From Nostoc punctiforme PCC 73102 (GTDB lineage Bacteria > Cyanobacteriota > Cyanobacteriia > Cyanobacteriales > Nostocaceae), in contig NC_010632.1 of assembly GCF_000020025.1 (NCBI RefSeq), forward strand, positions 210,001-242,000: DNA of 32,000 nucleotides, given 5' to 3'. Within the stretch, counting starts at the first letter, position 1. Every line of letters begins with the position of its first letter. The notes under the pieces were generated by a model. The model was given only the letters and a program-made list of their open reading frames with translations, ran no database searches and was not told the DNA's origin. A program made the translations under genes and the position numbers. Positions 15,980-24,592 of this stretch are shown in pieces.

Positions 15980-17602
15980 TTATCCAAAAATATCAACGTT
16001 GCCGAGACTATATATAGATGAATCAATCGGGCTAGATGGAAGGCCATGCAAAGCCGCAATGTTACGCATACTTTCAACTCGGTCAGCTTCACGGATGGCC
16101 AGAGGATTCATACTCTGCCTTGCAGCCAGCAATGCCGACAATGTAATCTCAAGTGATGGCAGTTGTTGCAGGGGAGAAACATCGTCGCCAAACATTTCAC
16201 AGAAAGTAGAGACGGCCGCACGTTCTACAATGGCTTGAATTTCCGCACCCACACATCGCTGCGTGGCTTTGAGTAACCTTTTCCATTCTTCTTCGGTGTA
16301 CCCATCGCCCCCGTTACGAAAACGAGGATCGAATTTAGCGAGATGGATCTTGAAAATTGAGTGGCGTTCGCCGTAATTTGGGAGATCCACCTTGAAAATC
16401 TCGTCGAAGCGTCCGCTTCTGGTTAGCTCTGGTGGTAGCCATTGAATATTGTTAGCCGAAGCGATAATTAAAACCTCACTAGTACGCTCCTGCATCCAAG
16501 TTAAAAGCATTCCCGCTAGTCGTTTTGACAAATCATCATCCCCAGCAAATCCTTTGTCGAAGTCGTCCAAATACAGGATTACACGGTTAATTCGGTCTAC
16601 GAGTGCGAGTAAATTCTTTAGCTTGTACTCAGCCAAATTACCGTAACTGCGGAAACTACCCCACTCCAAAATAATCAGAGGTAGCCCCAATTGTGCAGAA
16701 CTTGCTTTAGCCGAGTACGATTTTCCTGTCCCCGGTGGGCCGATTAGTAAAATCCCCTTGGGTAAACGAAGATTGTAAGCTTTAGCCAATGAGGATAGAA
16801 GGCGCTTATAAGTTTTAAACGCTTGCTGGATAAGTTCTAAACCACCAATGGGTGTGCTTGGAGGTTGGAGAAATTGAATATTATAAATTCGCTTAAACAG
16901 TTCGATTTTGTAAGCGGACAGTTTTTCTACTAACTCGTCCGGTGTAATTTCATGATTTGCGATTGCTTGTCTGATTCCATAGCCAATGTCTGCCAAGTAC
17001 ATACCTATTGAGGCGTTCGCTGTCGCATGAATATCGCTGCGGCTGTAATCAGGTAATACTTGGGCTAAGTAACTGCTTATTTCCTCTATAGCTGGCAGTT
17101 GTTGCACAATGGTAGGAACTTCGGGGGCAATGTCAGATGACACGGTGGCGTTTGACCCTAAGAGAATCGCTGTCTTGTTAGCATTGCAATTGTACAGCTT
17201 TAGGTTAATGAGCGCTGACTTAATCCACTCGGAAGTCAGAAAGAAATCGGGGTCAGTGGTAGACTCTCCCAGCCAGGGGAATATACCTTCTAGTATCAGG
17301 ATTCCTGATAAATCAGTAGTTTTCCAGAATCGGAGAATTTCAAAGTAATGTTCGCGCCTGCTTTTGGCGATTGCTTGATACTGGTCAACTCTTTGTAAAC
17401 TTAATCCCTCCTCATTAGTAGATAACTGCTGTAGTGCATCATCCTCCAGCGTCCACAGGTAACAGTTAATGTCCAGGCGCTGGCATTCACTGGCGAGATT
17501 TGTCAAAAGTTTGACCCTTTCTTGCAATGGAGACTCGACAGCAATCAGCTTATTGTTAAGCTTAATTAATCCAAATATTTGTTTAATTAACTCATTACTC
17601 AT
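15980..17602 (-). CDS. Classical-clade AAA+ ATPase (540 aa), N-terminal region reminiscent of Ycf46-type ATPases
   Basis: Walker A LLIGPPGTGKSYSAK (about 16722-16745). Walker B VILYLDDFDK. Second region of homology IIASANNIQWLPPELTRSGRFDEIFKVDLP. The N-terminal 280 aa (ERVKLLTNLASECQRLDINCYLWTLEDD ... GILILEGIFPWL) resemble the N-domain pattern of cyanobacterial/plastid Ycf46-like ATPases, judged by eye. Confidence 0.8.
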   Translation of the reverse strand: MSNELIKQIFGLIKLNNKLIAVESPLQERVKLLTNLASECQRLDINCYLWTLEDDALQQLSTNEEGLSLQRVDQYQAIAKSRREHYFEILRFWKTTDLSGILILEGIFPWLGESTTDPDFFLTSEWIKSALINLKLYNCNANKTAILLGSNATVSSDIAPEVPTIVQQLPAIEEISSYLAQVLPDYSRSDIHATANASIGMYLADIGYGIRQAIANHEITPDELVEKLSAYKIELFKRIYNIQFLQPPSTPIGGLELIQQAFKTYKRLLSSLAKAYNLRLPKGILLIGPPGTGKSYSAKASSAQLGLPLIILEWGSFRSYGNLAEYKLKNLLALVDRINRVILYLDDFDKGFAGDDDLSKRLAGMLLTWMQERTSEVLIIASANNIQWLPPELTRSGRFDEIFKVDLPNYGERHSIFKIHLAKFDPRFRNGGDGYTEEEWKRLLKATQRCVGAEIQAIVERAAVSTFCEMFGDDVSPLQQLPSLEITLSALLAARQSMNPLAIREADRVESMRNIAALHGLPSSPIDSSIYSLGNVDIFG

Positions 17603-17709
17603 CAGGATTTTAACTAATTTTCACCCCAATATTATTGATAGCTAAAACTCTTTACTAGCTACTTTGGTACTGAAAAAATCGGTACTAGAGTAGCTTGACT
17701 TTTTTGCAA

Positions 17710-19416
17710 CTATAGCTCTAATTCCTCGTGGTTTTGTTGTGAATAACGTTGTTGCAATTGATGGGAAAAAGTGATTAACTGCGTATTCCAATCCCGACTT
17801 TCGCATTTGAGTTGAGTCGAGTGTGGCAGCAGTTCTTTAACAGCCCGTGCCACTGTTGGTTGACTAAAAGCTACCTGTACATAAGGAACATTACGTAATC
17901 TTTCAACAGGTAAATTTGAAGTGTCATCTACTGCCATGTAAACTGTTCTGTTTTCTGGTATTCCTTTAACCTGATATTCCAGCATGGCTACTGAAATGGT
18001 GTCAATGGGAGAGTCAGACAGTACGACAGTACTAGTTTGTTCGCTAGGCTTTTTCCCCAAAGTAAAGTAAAACCAGCTATCACGGCGAACTGTACCTAAC
18101 TCATAACCAGAGAAATTATTAGCTGCCCCTTCTAAAAATGCTCCTTTGGTTTTTCCGTTGAGATCCCGCATCACAAAAACTACATTTGCTTTTGAGTCGG
18201 CATAAACTAGCCCCTGGTTATGTAACATTTGTACGCAATCAGAAGGTATGCCTCGTTTCTGTTTGAGGTAATGTTCAACGACTGACCAGTTAGCTTTATC
18301 CTCAACGGGTAGCGTAAATTGGGGTGCTGGTTGAGTTTGGATAATGTCCGCCGCAACTTTTTGAGCATGAGCGATCGCTGCACGTTGGCCCCCAGCTTCA
18401 CCAAATCTTTCCCCGATCCATGCGATTGCAGTTGTTTGGTTGCATTGATTAACGTGCTTGACTAAATCAATAGCACTGTTACCCGTTAACGAAGAACCAT
18501 TGCCAAAGTCAGTAAATTGAGAGGCATCTATATTAATGATGTGGTTTCCTCCTACCCATTCATTCCCTTTACGCCACAGTCCCAACTCCCAAGCAACATC
18601 ATCTAAAGCTAAATCAGTTGACCATTCGGTAAGTTTTTTTATTGATTGATTATCTTGCTCCAATTGCTCTATCCGCCGCCGTAACTGTTCATTGTCAAGT
18701 GCAAGAGCTTTGGCTGTAGCTTCCATCTCTTCCTTACGCTGATTCGCCCTGTCTCGGTCGGCAGCTTTGGCCTTCAATTGCGCTGCACTTAGCTCATCAA
18801 CTTCTAAATCGCGCCCCTCCTCCACAATCCGGTAAAAGTCTTTGATGTCCTGGTGCTTTGCTCTGCTTCCCTTGATACCGCGCTCTAGTTCAATTAGCCG
18901 CATTGTCTGGTAGTACGAATTCTGAAATTCATGAATTTTCTGCCGCCCGTCAAAGAAATGATTGCACCGTAGCTGTCCCTCATCATCCAAAGGCACAAAA
19001 TAAGCGTGAATATGGGGTGTGGCTTCATCCAGGTGTAACTCGGCGCGGACAATGCGATTGCCATATTCATCCGCTAACCATTGGTGAGTCGCTTCTAGCC
19101 AATCATCCAACTTTTGTGGTTCATAGTAACCGGCTTGGGTGGGGCAGTCGGGACGGAAATAACTGGGCGATGCACTCAACAGTAACTCCACGCAGTACAC
19201 CGCATCAGTGCGAATCTTCCGCTTCTGCTCCGAGTCCCCTATCTTGGCTAAGACTAAATCCTCTAGTCGTTCCTCTGGGTTGAGGCTACCGATGAACCGA
19301 ATATTTTTTTGAGTGGGATCTGCATTAGGGGTTTCTCTTTCTCGTGCAGTGTGAGATGCACTCCCTGATATGTTACCCCGCTTTAATTTTTTTAATCGCG
19401 CGATCGCGTATGCCAT
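17710..19416 (-). CDS. MobV-family (Mob_Pre) relaxase fused to a C-terminal DUF3991/Toprim-like domain
   Basis: N-terminus MAYAIARLKKLKRGNISGSASHTARE carries HxxR at 19342-19353. Motif III LHLDEATPHIHAYFVPL is at 19006-19035. A coiled-coil linker follows. The C-terminal part has NSAIDLVKHV...AIAWIGERFG and a Toprim-like block VVLSDSPIDTISVA (about 17986-18027, with Asp where Glu is usual) plus YMAVDD. Confidence 0.85.
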   Translation of the reverse strand: MAYAIARLKKLKRGNISGSASHTARERETPNADPTQKNIRFIGSLNPEERLEDLVLAKIGDSEQKRKIRTDAVYCVELLLSASPSYFRPDCPTQAGYYEPQKLDDWLEATHQWLADEYGNRIVRAELHLDEATPHIHAYFVPLDDEGQLRCNHFFDGRQKIHEFQNSYYQTMRLIELERGIKGSRAKHQDIKDFYRIVEEGRDLEVDELSAAQLKAKAADRDRANQRKEEMEATAKALALDNEQLRRRIEQLEQDNQSIKKLTEWSTDLALDDVAWELGLWRKGNEWVGGNHIINIDASQFTDFGNGSSLTGNSAIDLVKHVNQCNQTTAIAWIGERFGEAGGQRAAIAHAQKVAADIIQTQPAPQFTLPVEDKANWSVVEHYLKQKRGIPSDCVQMLHNQGLVYADSKANVVFVMRDLNGKTKGAFLEGAANNFSGYELGTVRRDSWFYFTLGKKPSEQTSTVVLSDSPIDTISVAMLEYQVKGIPENRTVYMAVDDTSNLPVERLRNVPYVQVAFSQPTVARAVKELLPHSTQLKCESRDWNTQLITFSHQLQQRYSQQNHEELEL

Positions 19417-19907
19417 TTTTTATCTAAACTAAAATTTGGAAATACAAGTTTTTGGGCTGACTGACTGAGAAACAAATATCACTCAAATTATTGCTGTTTT
19501 TTCTCGGTTTCACGCCTATTTTAAAGCCAAATCGCTCAAATACGAAAATGGGGAAATAACCGTAGTAAGTACGACTATCTTAAGCCACCTACAGCAGTTC
19601 TGAGGCATTCCACAGGCAATTCTCCCGCTATCCCCAAGATTCCCTTAGTAGCATAGTCACTCTTGACACAATTTCAGCCTAAGTAGGCAACATCCGGCTT
19701 TCTGTGATTTGGACTAAAAAACTACGCAATAGCAAGGCTTTCGGGCTGTTTAACTGTCAATAAGGCTTGATTAATGAGAATTAATGGACTGCTCACAGAA
19801 TTTTTCGAGAATTACTCAAGAATAAAATGGTTGACAACGGAATTTTTTAGCAGTCCCTCGAAGTTAATCAGCGCTAAATTGTAATTTTTAGTAGTGTTTC
19901 GTAGCAC

Positions 19908-19993
19908 AAACAGAAAAAAAACTGTTTTTTGAAGTACAAAAACAATACTTTTGTAGTAGGTATTCTCAATAATTTCAAGCCTATTGAGAATAC
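19908..19993. promoter_or_regulatory. Cluster of three hairpins in the relaxase-proximal non-coding region (oriT or origin candidate)
   Basis: H1 is AAACAG-A8-CTGTTT (19908-19927). H2 is TACAAAA-acaatac-TTTTGTA (19935-19955). H3 is a perfect 12-bp stem, GTATTCTCAATA (19960-19971) with TATTGAGAATAC (19982-19993). No nick site could be assigned. Confidence 0.4.
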
Positions 19994-20063
19994 AAGAAAC
20001 TGGACAAATCGCCTCAAAGCTTTTTGGAGTAAGTTATAGAGGGCAATTTTTCAAAAAAGCGAT

Positions 20064-20205
20064 GTGCAAAATAGCAGACATTTTGTACCTGATTATGAAC
20101 ATTTGATGACAGATATAGCAGTTAAAGGCGTGTATAAGCGGTGCAAAATAGCAGACATTTTGTATATAAATAGGGGTTTTATGTGCAAAATGTCTGCTAT
20201 TTGTA
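20064..20205. repeat. Three copies of a 23-24-bp iteron, two direct and one inverted (candidate centromere or operator)
   Basis: GTGCAAAATAGCAGACATTTTGTA occurs identically at 20064-20087 and 20141-20164. GTGCAAAATGTCTGCTATTTGTA at 20183-20205 has the central heptamer inverted, so it is effectively an inverted copy. The site lies ~300 bp upstream of the RHH-like/ParM-like gene pair. Confidence 0.75.
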
Positions 20206-20503
20206 ACTGTGATTAGTAATACATTTTGACCACGTAAAAGCAAATAAAACCCCGGTAAATTAGTAGGGATTTAAAAAATGAGGGACTAAGTGAAGGATTA
20301 GAAGAAAAAATGCGGTGTTGTATGTGCATTCATTATTAAGTAAATACTTTATTTAGGCAGACAATATAAATTTCAGAAGCCAAAATATTAAATTTAGTTA
20401 AGTTAGGCAGTATCAAAGTAAAAATAAAAAAACTGGGCGATAAAAATTAGTGTAATAATTTTAAGAAAGCGCGTTACGCTAATCAGAATTTTAGTCAAAA
20501 AAA

Positions 20504-21004
20504 ATGAATGATTCTAGATATAGAGTAGTGTCATTTAGAAGACCGAGTGACAGTGCAGATGCAGAAGTAATTGATTACTTGAGGTCAAAGCCTTTAAATT
20601 TGAAGGAAGATTATTCGGAAACAATTACATCGACACTAAAAAAACACTGGCTACCTCTAGCCTTGTTTTCTTCGGGGCTGAGGGGAGAAGAATTAAGACA
20701 GATTGGCATTTGGGCAATTAGTCAACTAGAAGCACAAATTAGTATGATTCGGAGAACTTGCGGGATAGCACCAGATCCACTAGTGGTGACATCAAATATA
20801 TCAATGCAAGCATCAAACATAGTGGCATCAGATAGTCTATCTGTCTTAGGGATTACTTCAGGAGATGGGCAAATAAGTTCTACTGATGAGGAAGATGAAG
20901 ACCATGAAGATGACGATGACGATGAATTTCTTTCCTCGCAAAACTTTCAAGAGATGACCGACATTAAGCGGATGTTTGGCTGGAACAACCAGAACGGGGG
21001 CTGA
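20504..21004 (+). CDS. Small protein with RHH-like N-terminus and poly-acidic tail (candidate ParR-like adaptor or repressor), 166 aa
   Basis: YRVVSFRRPSDSADAEVIDYLRS fits a beta-strand plus helix (ribbon-helix-helix-like) start. C-terminal STDEEDEDHEDDDDDEF. The stop at 21002-21004 is 2 nt before the ParM-like ATG. Confidence 0.4.
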   Translation: MNDSRYRVVSFRRPSDSADAEVIDYLRSKPLNLKEDYSETITSTLKKHWLPLALFSSGLRGEELRQIGIWAISQLEAQISMIRRTCGIAPDPLVVTSNISMQASNIVASDSLSVLGITSGDGQISSTDEEDEDHEDDDDDEFLSSQNFQEMTDIKRMFGWNNQNGG

Positions 21005-22064
21005 AGATGAATAAAAAAAATAATTCTAAAGACTACACAAAAGTTGCGATAACGATTGATTTAGGGACAAGTTTTCAGAAGGGGATAGCACAGATTTATC
21101 CAGATGGGGTTCCAATAGTTTTAGCAATGGAACCAGAAATAGCGGATTTAGGGGTAGAGTCAATAGAATATTTGTCAAATCAACTTGTACAAGATACGAC
21201 GGTATGGATAGGGATTGGCGAAGAATACTATGTCCTGGGAGCATTAGCCAAAAGTATGTTCGCGGGGACATCAGCTATTAGAGATTTGAAGTATCAATAT
21301 GCCTTACCGAAAGTAGCAGCTATGTTATGGTTGGCAATTCGGCGGCTGGGAGTGAAAAATCCAGATATAGAGCTATATGTACATTTGTTGTTGCCAGTGG
21401 GAGAAGCGTCGGATGGGCAAACGCTCAGAGCAAAACTAGCACAGAACTTAAAAACAGGAATAATCACGCCAACAGGGAGGTTAAAAGCAAAATTGCGTAG
21501 CTTTGATGTCAGTCCAGAAGGGGCGGGTATCATGGCATATCGCAGTCGCAACGTCAACATAAACTATTTCCAAAAGAGTATAGGAATGCTGATGTTAGGC
21601 TATCGTAATGCCAGTTTTATTCTGTCGCACAAGGGGAATGCAATAAAAGCTGAATCTACAGATTTAGGGATGAATTGGGTGGTGCATCAGTTTGTAGAAC
21701 GTACTGCCGTAGGTTTATCAAAAGATGACTTACGCCTAATTTCAGCTTTAGCCGAAACCACGAATAACAATTTTGATGCACTGCGGTTTCTATCACGCAA
21801 AACCAAAATCGAAGAAATCAATGCTGATGTAGAGTTGTTTTGTCGGATTTTACCGATAGTTCGCAAAGAGTACTGCCGTGCTTTATGGCGCTGGTTGAGA
21901 AATATTGCCCAAATGGATGAAATCTTAGTTTGTGGTGGGACAGCATCTTTTATACGCCAAGAGCTAACCGAACATTTTGATGGTGAAGGCATCCCCATTT
22001 GTTGGAATGGCGGAATGGAACTACCTAAATATTTAGACACAATGGGATTAGGTGATAGGATAGC

Positions 22065-23702
22065 AGCAATTCTCATTATGAGAATGGTTATCAATATGTT
22101 AAGAGCGAAACTAACCGATGAAGCCTGGGAGACGTTGAGAATTCTGCTGAATGATAAATTTGAACTAGGAGTGGCTACTTCAAACAGATTTTTAGACACA
22201 ATGAACTACCAAGTAATACATGGCAATTCAAGCTAATTCCATGTATTACACGGAGTTGTAAGTATTCTCAAAAAGTAAGATGAATTTTCAGCTTGTGTTG
22301 GGATGAAATTCTAATTCCAGTCCGTGGATCATAAAGTTAAGCAGACTTTCCCAACTATCAAAATAAAGATAACGAGTTAAGGCGCGTAAATCATCAAAGA
22401 AGGTCTTGCGTGTTGGTAAATGCTGGCGGATAAATTGGTATTTCTCATCTATAATGTCAAGTAGAGTATGAAACAGAAATGCAAGGATATTAAAGGTTGC
22501 TAATAGGGAGGATAAATGCGTTTTCCCATGTCCGAAATTATGTTCTAAGTTGTAACCTTTGGTTTTAAGAGTGTTATTATTTTCGTTTTCTATTTTCCAT
22601 CTGCTGCGACCATCTGACACAATCGCCTCAACATTAATATCTGTGATTCGATGATTTGTCGCAAAGGTATTTTTGTAGATTATAGTCCCATCAGAGCGAG
22701 TAATGGCCAATTCACACCAGTTTACTAATAAAGCATCCTCGCTATTCCGTAAAGGAATTTGGTTGACATAACGGTAGGTATAAATCTCATAGACTTTGCC
22801 CTTCCAATGTTTGACACTAAATGTATCAAGGGGCATTCCTTCTAACCATTCATAAAGTGTTTTATGGGATTTAGACCGACACACTAGAATGAAATTTAGT
22901 TTTTCTTGTAGTAATAATTCACATAAAGGTTGATGGCAATAAAGATCATCTCCTAAAATGGTAATACCAAGAGATGCGTACTGTTTGGCATATTTCTGAA
23001 TCCAACGTTTTGCTGCCGCATTCTCACAATCCTGCTTTTGATATCCGTCTTGAGGGACAACAAACTCTGGTATTAACGGGATTACTTGAGAATTACTAGG
23101 ACAAACAATTACTGGTGTCACCACAGTATGAAAATACTGAGTTGTTCCGTTTTTAAAAGTTCTGCTCGAACAGTGTTCACAGTGAATTTCATTGGAGCAA
23201 AAATATTCTGTTCCATCTAGAGCTATCAGCAAATTATTTTTAAAAGAACGAAATTTTGATAAGTGTTTACCATTCTCTAATGCTTTGAAAATCTTGGTAA
23301 ACACCGGAAACACAACGGTTGGTTCTATCTCATCAAGTAAATCTCGGATATGGTTATCGCTTGGAATTTGGTGTACCCCAAACAAGCTTTGAGCATTATT
23401 ATGTCCCTTACTATGTGCCATTGACCTTTGATGGGCAAGAAAAGAAGGACTCTGAGTAAAAAATATGGAGAATGCGCTTAATGCTGCATCACTCATTTGA
23501 TAGCGTTTGTTTTTGCCTGTTCGCTTATCAGGTAAATCTTTCAGGATTGACTGAAAGTATTGTACTATTTCGTCAAAAATTCCTGGCTGATTCAAAAAAG
23601 CTCCTGCGTTCGCGAGTATTGAGATACAAAAACCATACCTTTAACTGAAAATTTTGCATAGATGCTAATGATAGTTATAATCATTCTCATGATGAGAATT
23701 GC
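22065..23702 (-). mobile_element. IS4-like insertion sequence (1638 bp) with ~32-bp imperfect terminal inverted repeats and a 12-bp direct target repeat
   Basis: Left end GCAATTCTCATTATGAGAATGGTTATCAATAT (22066-) versus the reverse complement of the right end GCAATTCTCATCATGAGAATGATTATAACTAT (ending 23702) gives 28/32 identity. The direct repeat TGATAGGATAGC is at 22053-22064 and 23703-23714. Confidence 0.85.
22288..23595 (-). CDS. DDE transposase (IS4-superfamily-like), 435 aa
   Basis: DDE blocks LLIALDGTEYF, ITILGDDLYCHQP and RSRWKIENENNNTLKTKGYNLEHNFGHG. The apparent start is TTG (23593-23595); there is no in-frame ATG between it and the upstream stop at 23641-23643. Confidence 0.85.
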   Translation of the reverse strand: MNQPGIFDEIVQYFQSILKDLPDKRTGKNKRYQMSDAALSAFSIFFTQSPSFLAHQRSMAHSKGHNNAQSLFGVHQIPSDNHIRDLLDEIEPTVVFPVFTKIFKALENGKHLSKFRSFKNNLLIALDGTEYFCSNEIHCEHCSSRTFKNGTTQYFHTVVTPVIVCPSNSQVIPLIPEFVVPQDGYQKQDCENAAAKRWIQKYAKQYASLGITILGDDLYCHQPLCELLLQEKLNFILVCRSKSHKTLYEWLEGMPLDTFSVKHWKGKVYEIYTYRYVNQIPLRNSEDALLVNWCELAITRSDGTIIYKNTFATNHRITDINVEAIVSDGRSRWKIENENNNTLKTKGYNLEHNFGHGKTHLSSLLATFNILAFLFHTLLDIIDEKYQFIRQHLPTRKTFFDDLRALTRYLYFDSWESLLNFMIHGLELEFHPNTS

Positions 23703-24014
23703 TGATAGGATAGCTGATGCTTGGGCATCCCATATTAGCCATATCAAGTTTTTGGATCATGAATTGAGCTATGACCGCCAAGACAAACCCCTAGTTCCTG
23801 ATTATTATGTTCAACCATTCAAGAGTTCTAAACCAGACATGGAGATTTGGCAAAGGAACGGTTATATCACTACAAGCTAAAAATAGGGTGTTGGGGGTAG
23901 GGTGTTGGGTGTAGTGAAGACGGTATTGGACTGAGCTTGGAACTCCGACCAATGCAAACCAGAGTGAAAAGACAGGGCTTGTAACGAATCTATGTTGTTG
24001 TACAAATGCTGTCT

Positions 24015-24043
24015 GATGTTAGACAGATATTCTGTCTAACATC
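24015..24043. promoter_or_regulatory. Perfect 13-bp palindrome with a 3-nt spacer (operator or hairpin candidate)
   Basis: GATGTTAGACAGA tat TCTGTCTAACATC, ~120 bp upstream of ATG 24164. Confidence 0.5.
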
Positions 24044-24163
24044 GCCAAAGCTAACAAATGCAAGGGTTTAGCTTTGAATGGTGTTTCCCTCCGCTTAATC
24101 AACAATTGCTCAAGATGGTTGAGTCAAACAATAAACGCGAACAATTAACATTAGCAAATTGAT

Positions 24164-24574
24164 ATGGCTGAAACGACACATTTGCAGGTACAAGAATTAT
24201 CACGATTTGCCCAAGAGCAAGACTTCAATCAGCAATATAGACAGTATTTCGGGGATGTCTGGGACGAAGTTGGAGTTAGAGATATCTCCAAAATGACCAT
24301 CCAAGATGCCGAGCAAACTTTGAAGGTACTAGCTGATAGTGAAGCATCTCCCCAATTCATTAAATCCCTACTAGCACAAGCAGCAATTGATGGTGCTTCA
24401 CCGCAGGTTTTAGAGTATTTTCTCGCAAGCGACATTGACTCAGATGGGCGGACTCTGGCACAAGAATTATTTCAAGATGGGACGAACCCATTGCAGCCAG
24501 ATATACCCCAAGCACCACCCAAGGCACAGGTTTTATCTCCATCTCCAACTGAAGATTTGGACTGGGAAATATAG
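24164..24574 (+). CDS. Strongly acidic small protein (136 aa), unknown function
   Basis: ORF followed by a clean terminator. By my count it has 24 Asp/Glu versus 8 Lys/Arg. No recognisable motif. Confidence 0.55.
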   Translation: MAETTHLQVQELSRFAQEQDFNQQYRQYFGDVWDEVGVRDISKMTIQDAEQTLKVLADSEASPQFIKSLLAQAAIDGASPQVLEYFLASDIDSDGRTLAQELFQDGTNPLQPDIPQAPPKAQVLSPSPTEDLDWEI

Positions 24575-24592
24575 CATATATTCTCAAACTTT

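Larger units (their letters stand above)
21007..23880 (+). pseudogene. ParM/StbA-like actin-fold ATPase gene interrupted by an IS4-like element
   Basis: Phosphate-1 AITIDLGTSFQKG, VSPEGAGIMAY and an adenosine-type ILVCGGTASFI. The track ORF ends at 22236 only because it reads into the IS. Removing 22065-23702 plus one 12-bp repeat joins ...MGLGDRIA (22064) in frame to DAWASHISHIKFLDHE...NGYITTS* (23715-23880), giving 407 aa. Track ORF 23662-23880 is this displaced 3' end. Confidence 0.75.

Noticed and set aside
15972-19283. Plus-strand ORFs inside the AAA+ and relaxase genes (15972-16238, 16449-16646, 17109-17348, 18903-19283) and the minus-strand ORF 18207-18404
   Set aside because: They are antisense or out-of-frame shadows of long motif-bearing genes. 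They carry no motifs of their own.
19417-19900. Assigning a specific MobV nick site or oriT sequence upstream of the relaxase
   Set aside because: I could not find a sequence I could confidently equate with a known MobV nic motif. Only the hairpins and iterons further on are reported, as candidates.
20034-20243. 69-aa minus-strand ORF, and the idea of a mini-CRISPR array, over the 24-bp repeats
   Set aside because: The ORF is composed almost entirely of the iterons. A CRISPR call fails because there are only three copies, with unequal spacing (77 and 42 bp), one inverted, and no cas genes.
22065-22236. Last 57 codons of track ORF 21007-22236 as the genuine ParM-like C-terminus
   Set aside because: This stretch begins exactly at the IS terminal inverted repeat. 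It is read-through into the IS, and the authentic C-terminus is at 23715-23880.
23662-23880. Independent 72-aa gene
   Set aside because: Its first 13 codons lie within the IS right end. The next four codons lie in the target-site repeat and match the pre-insertion sequence up to residue ...RIA. The ORF is the displaced 3' end of the ParM-like gene.
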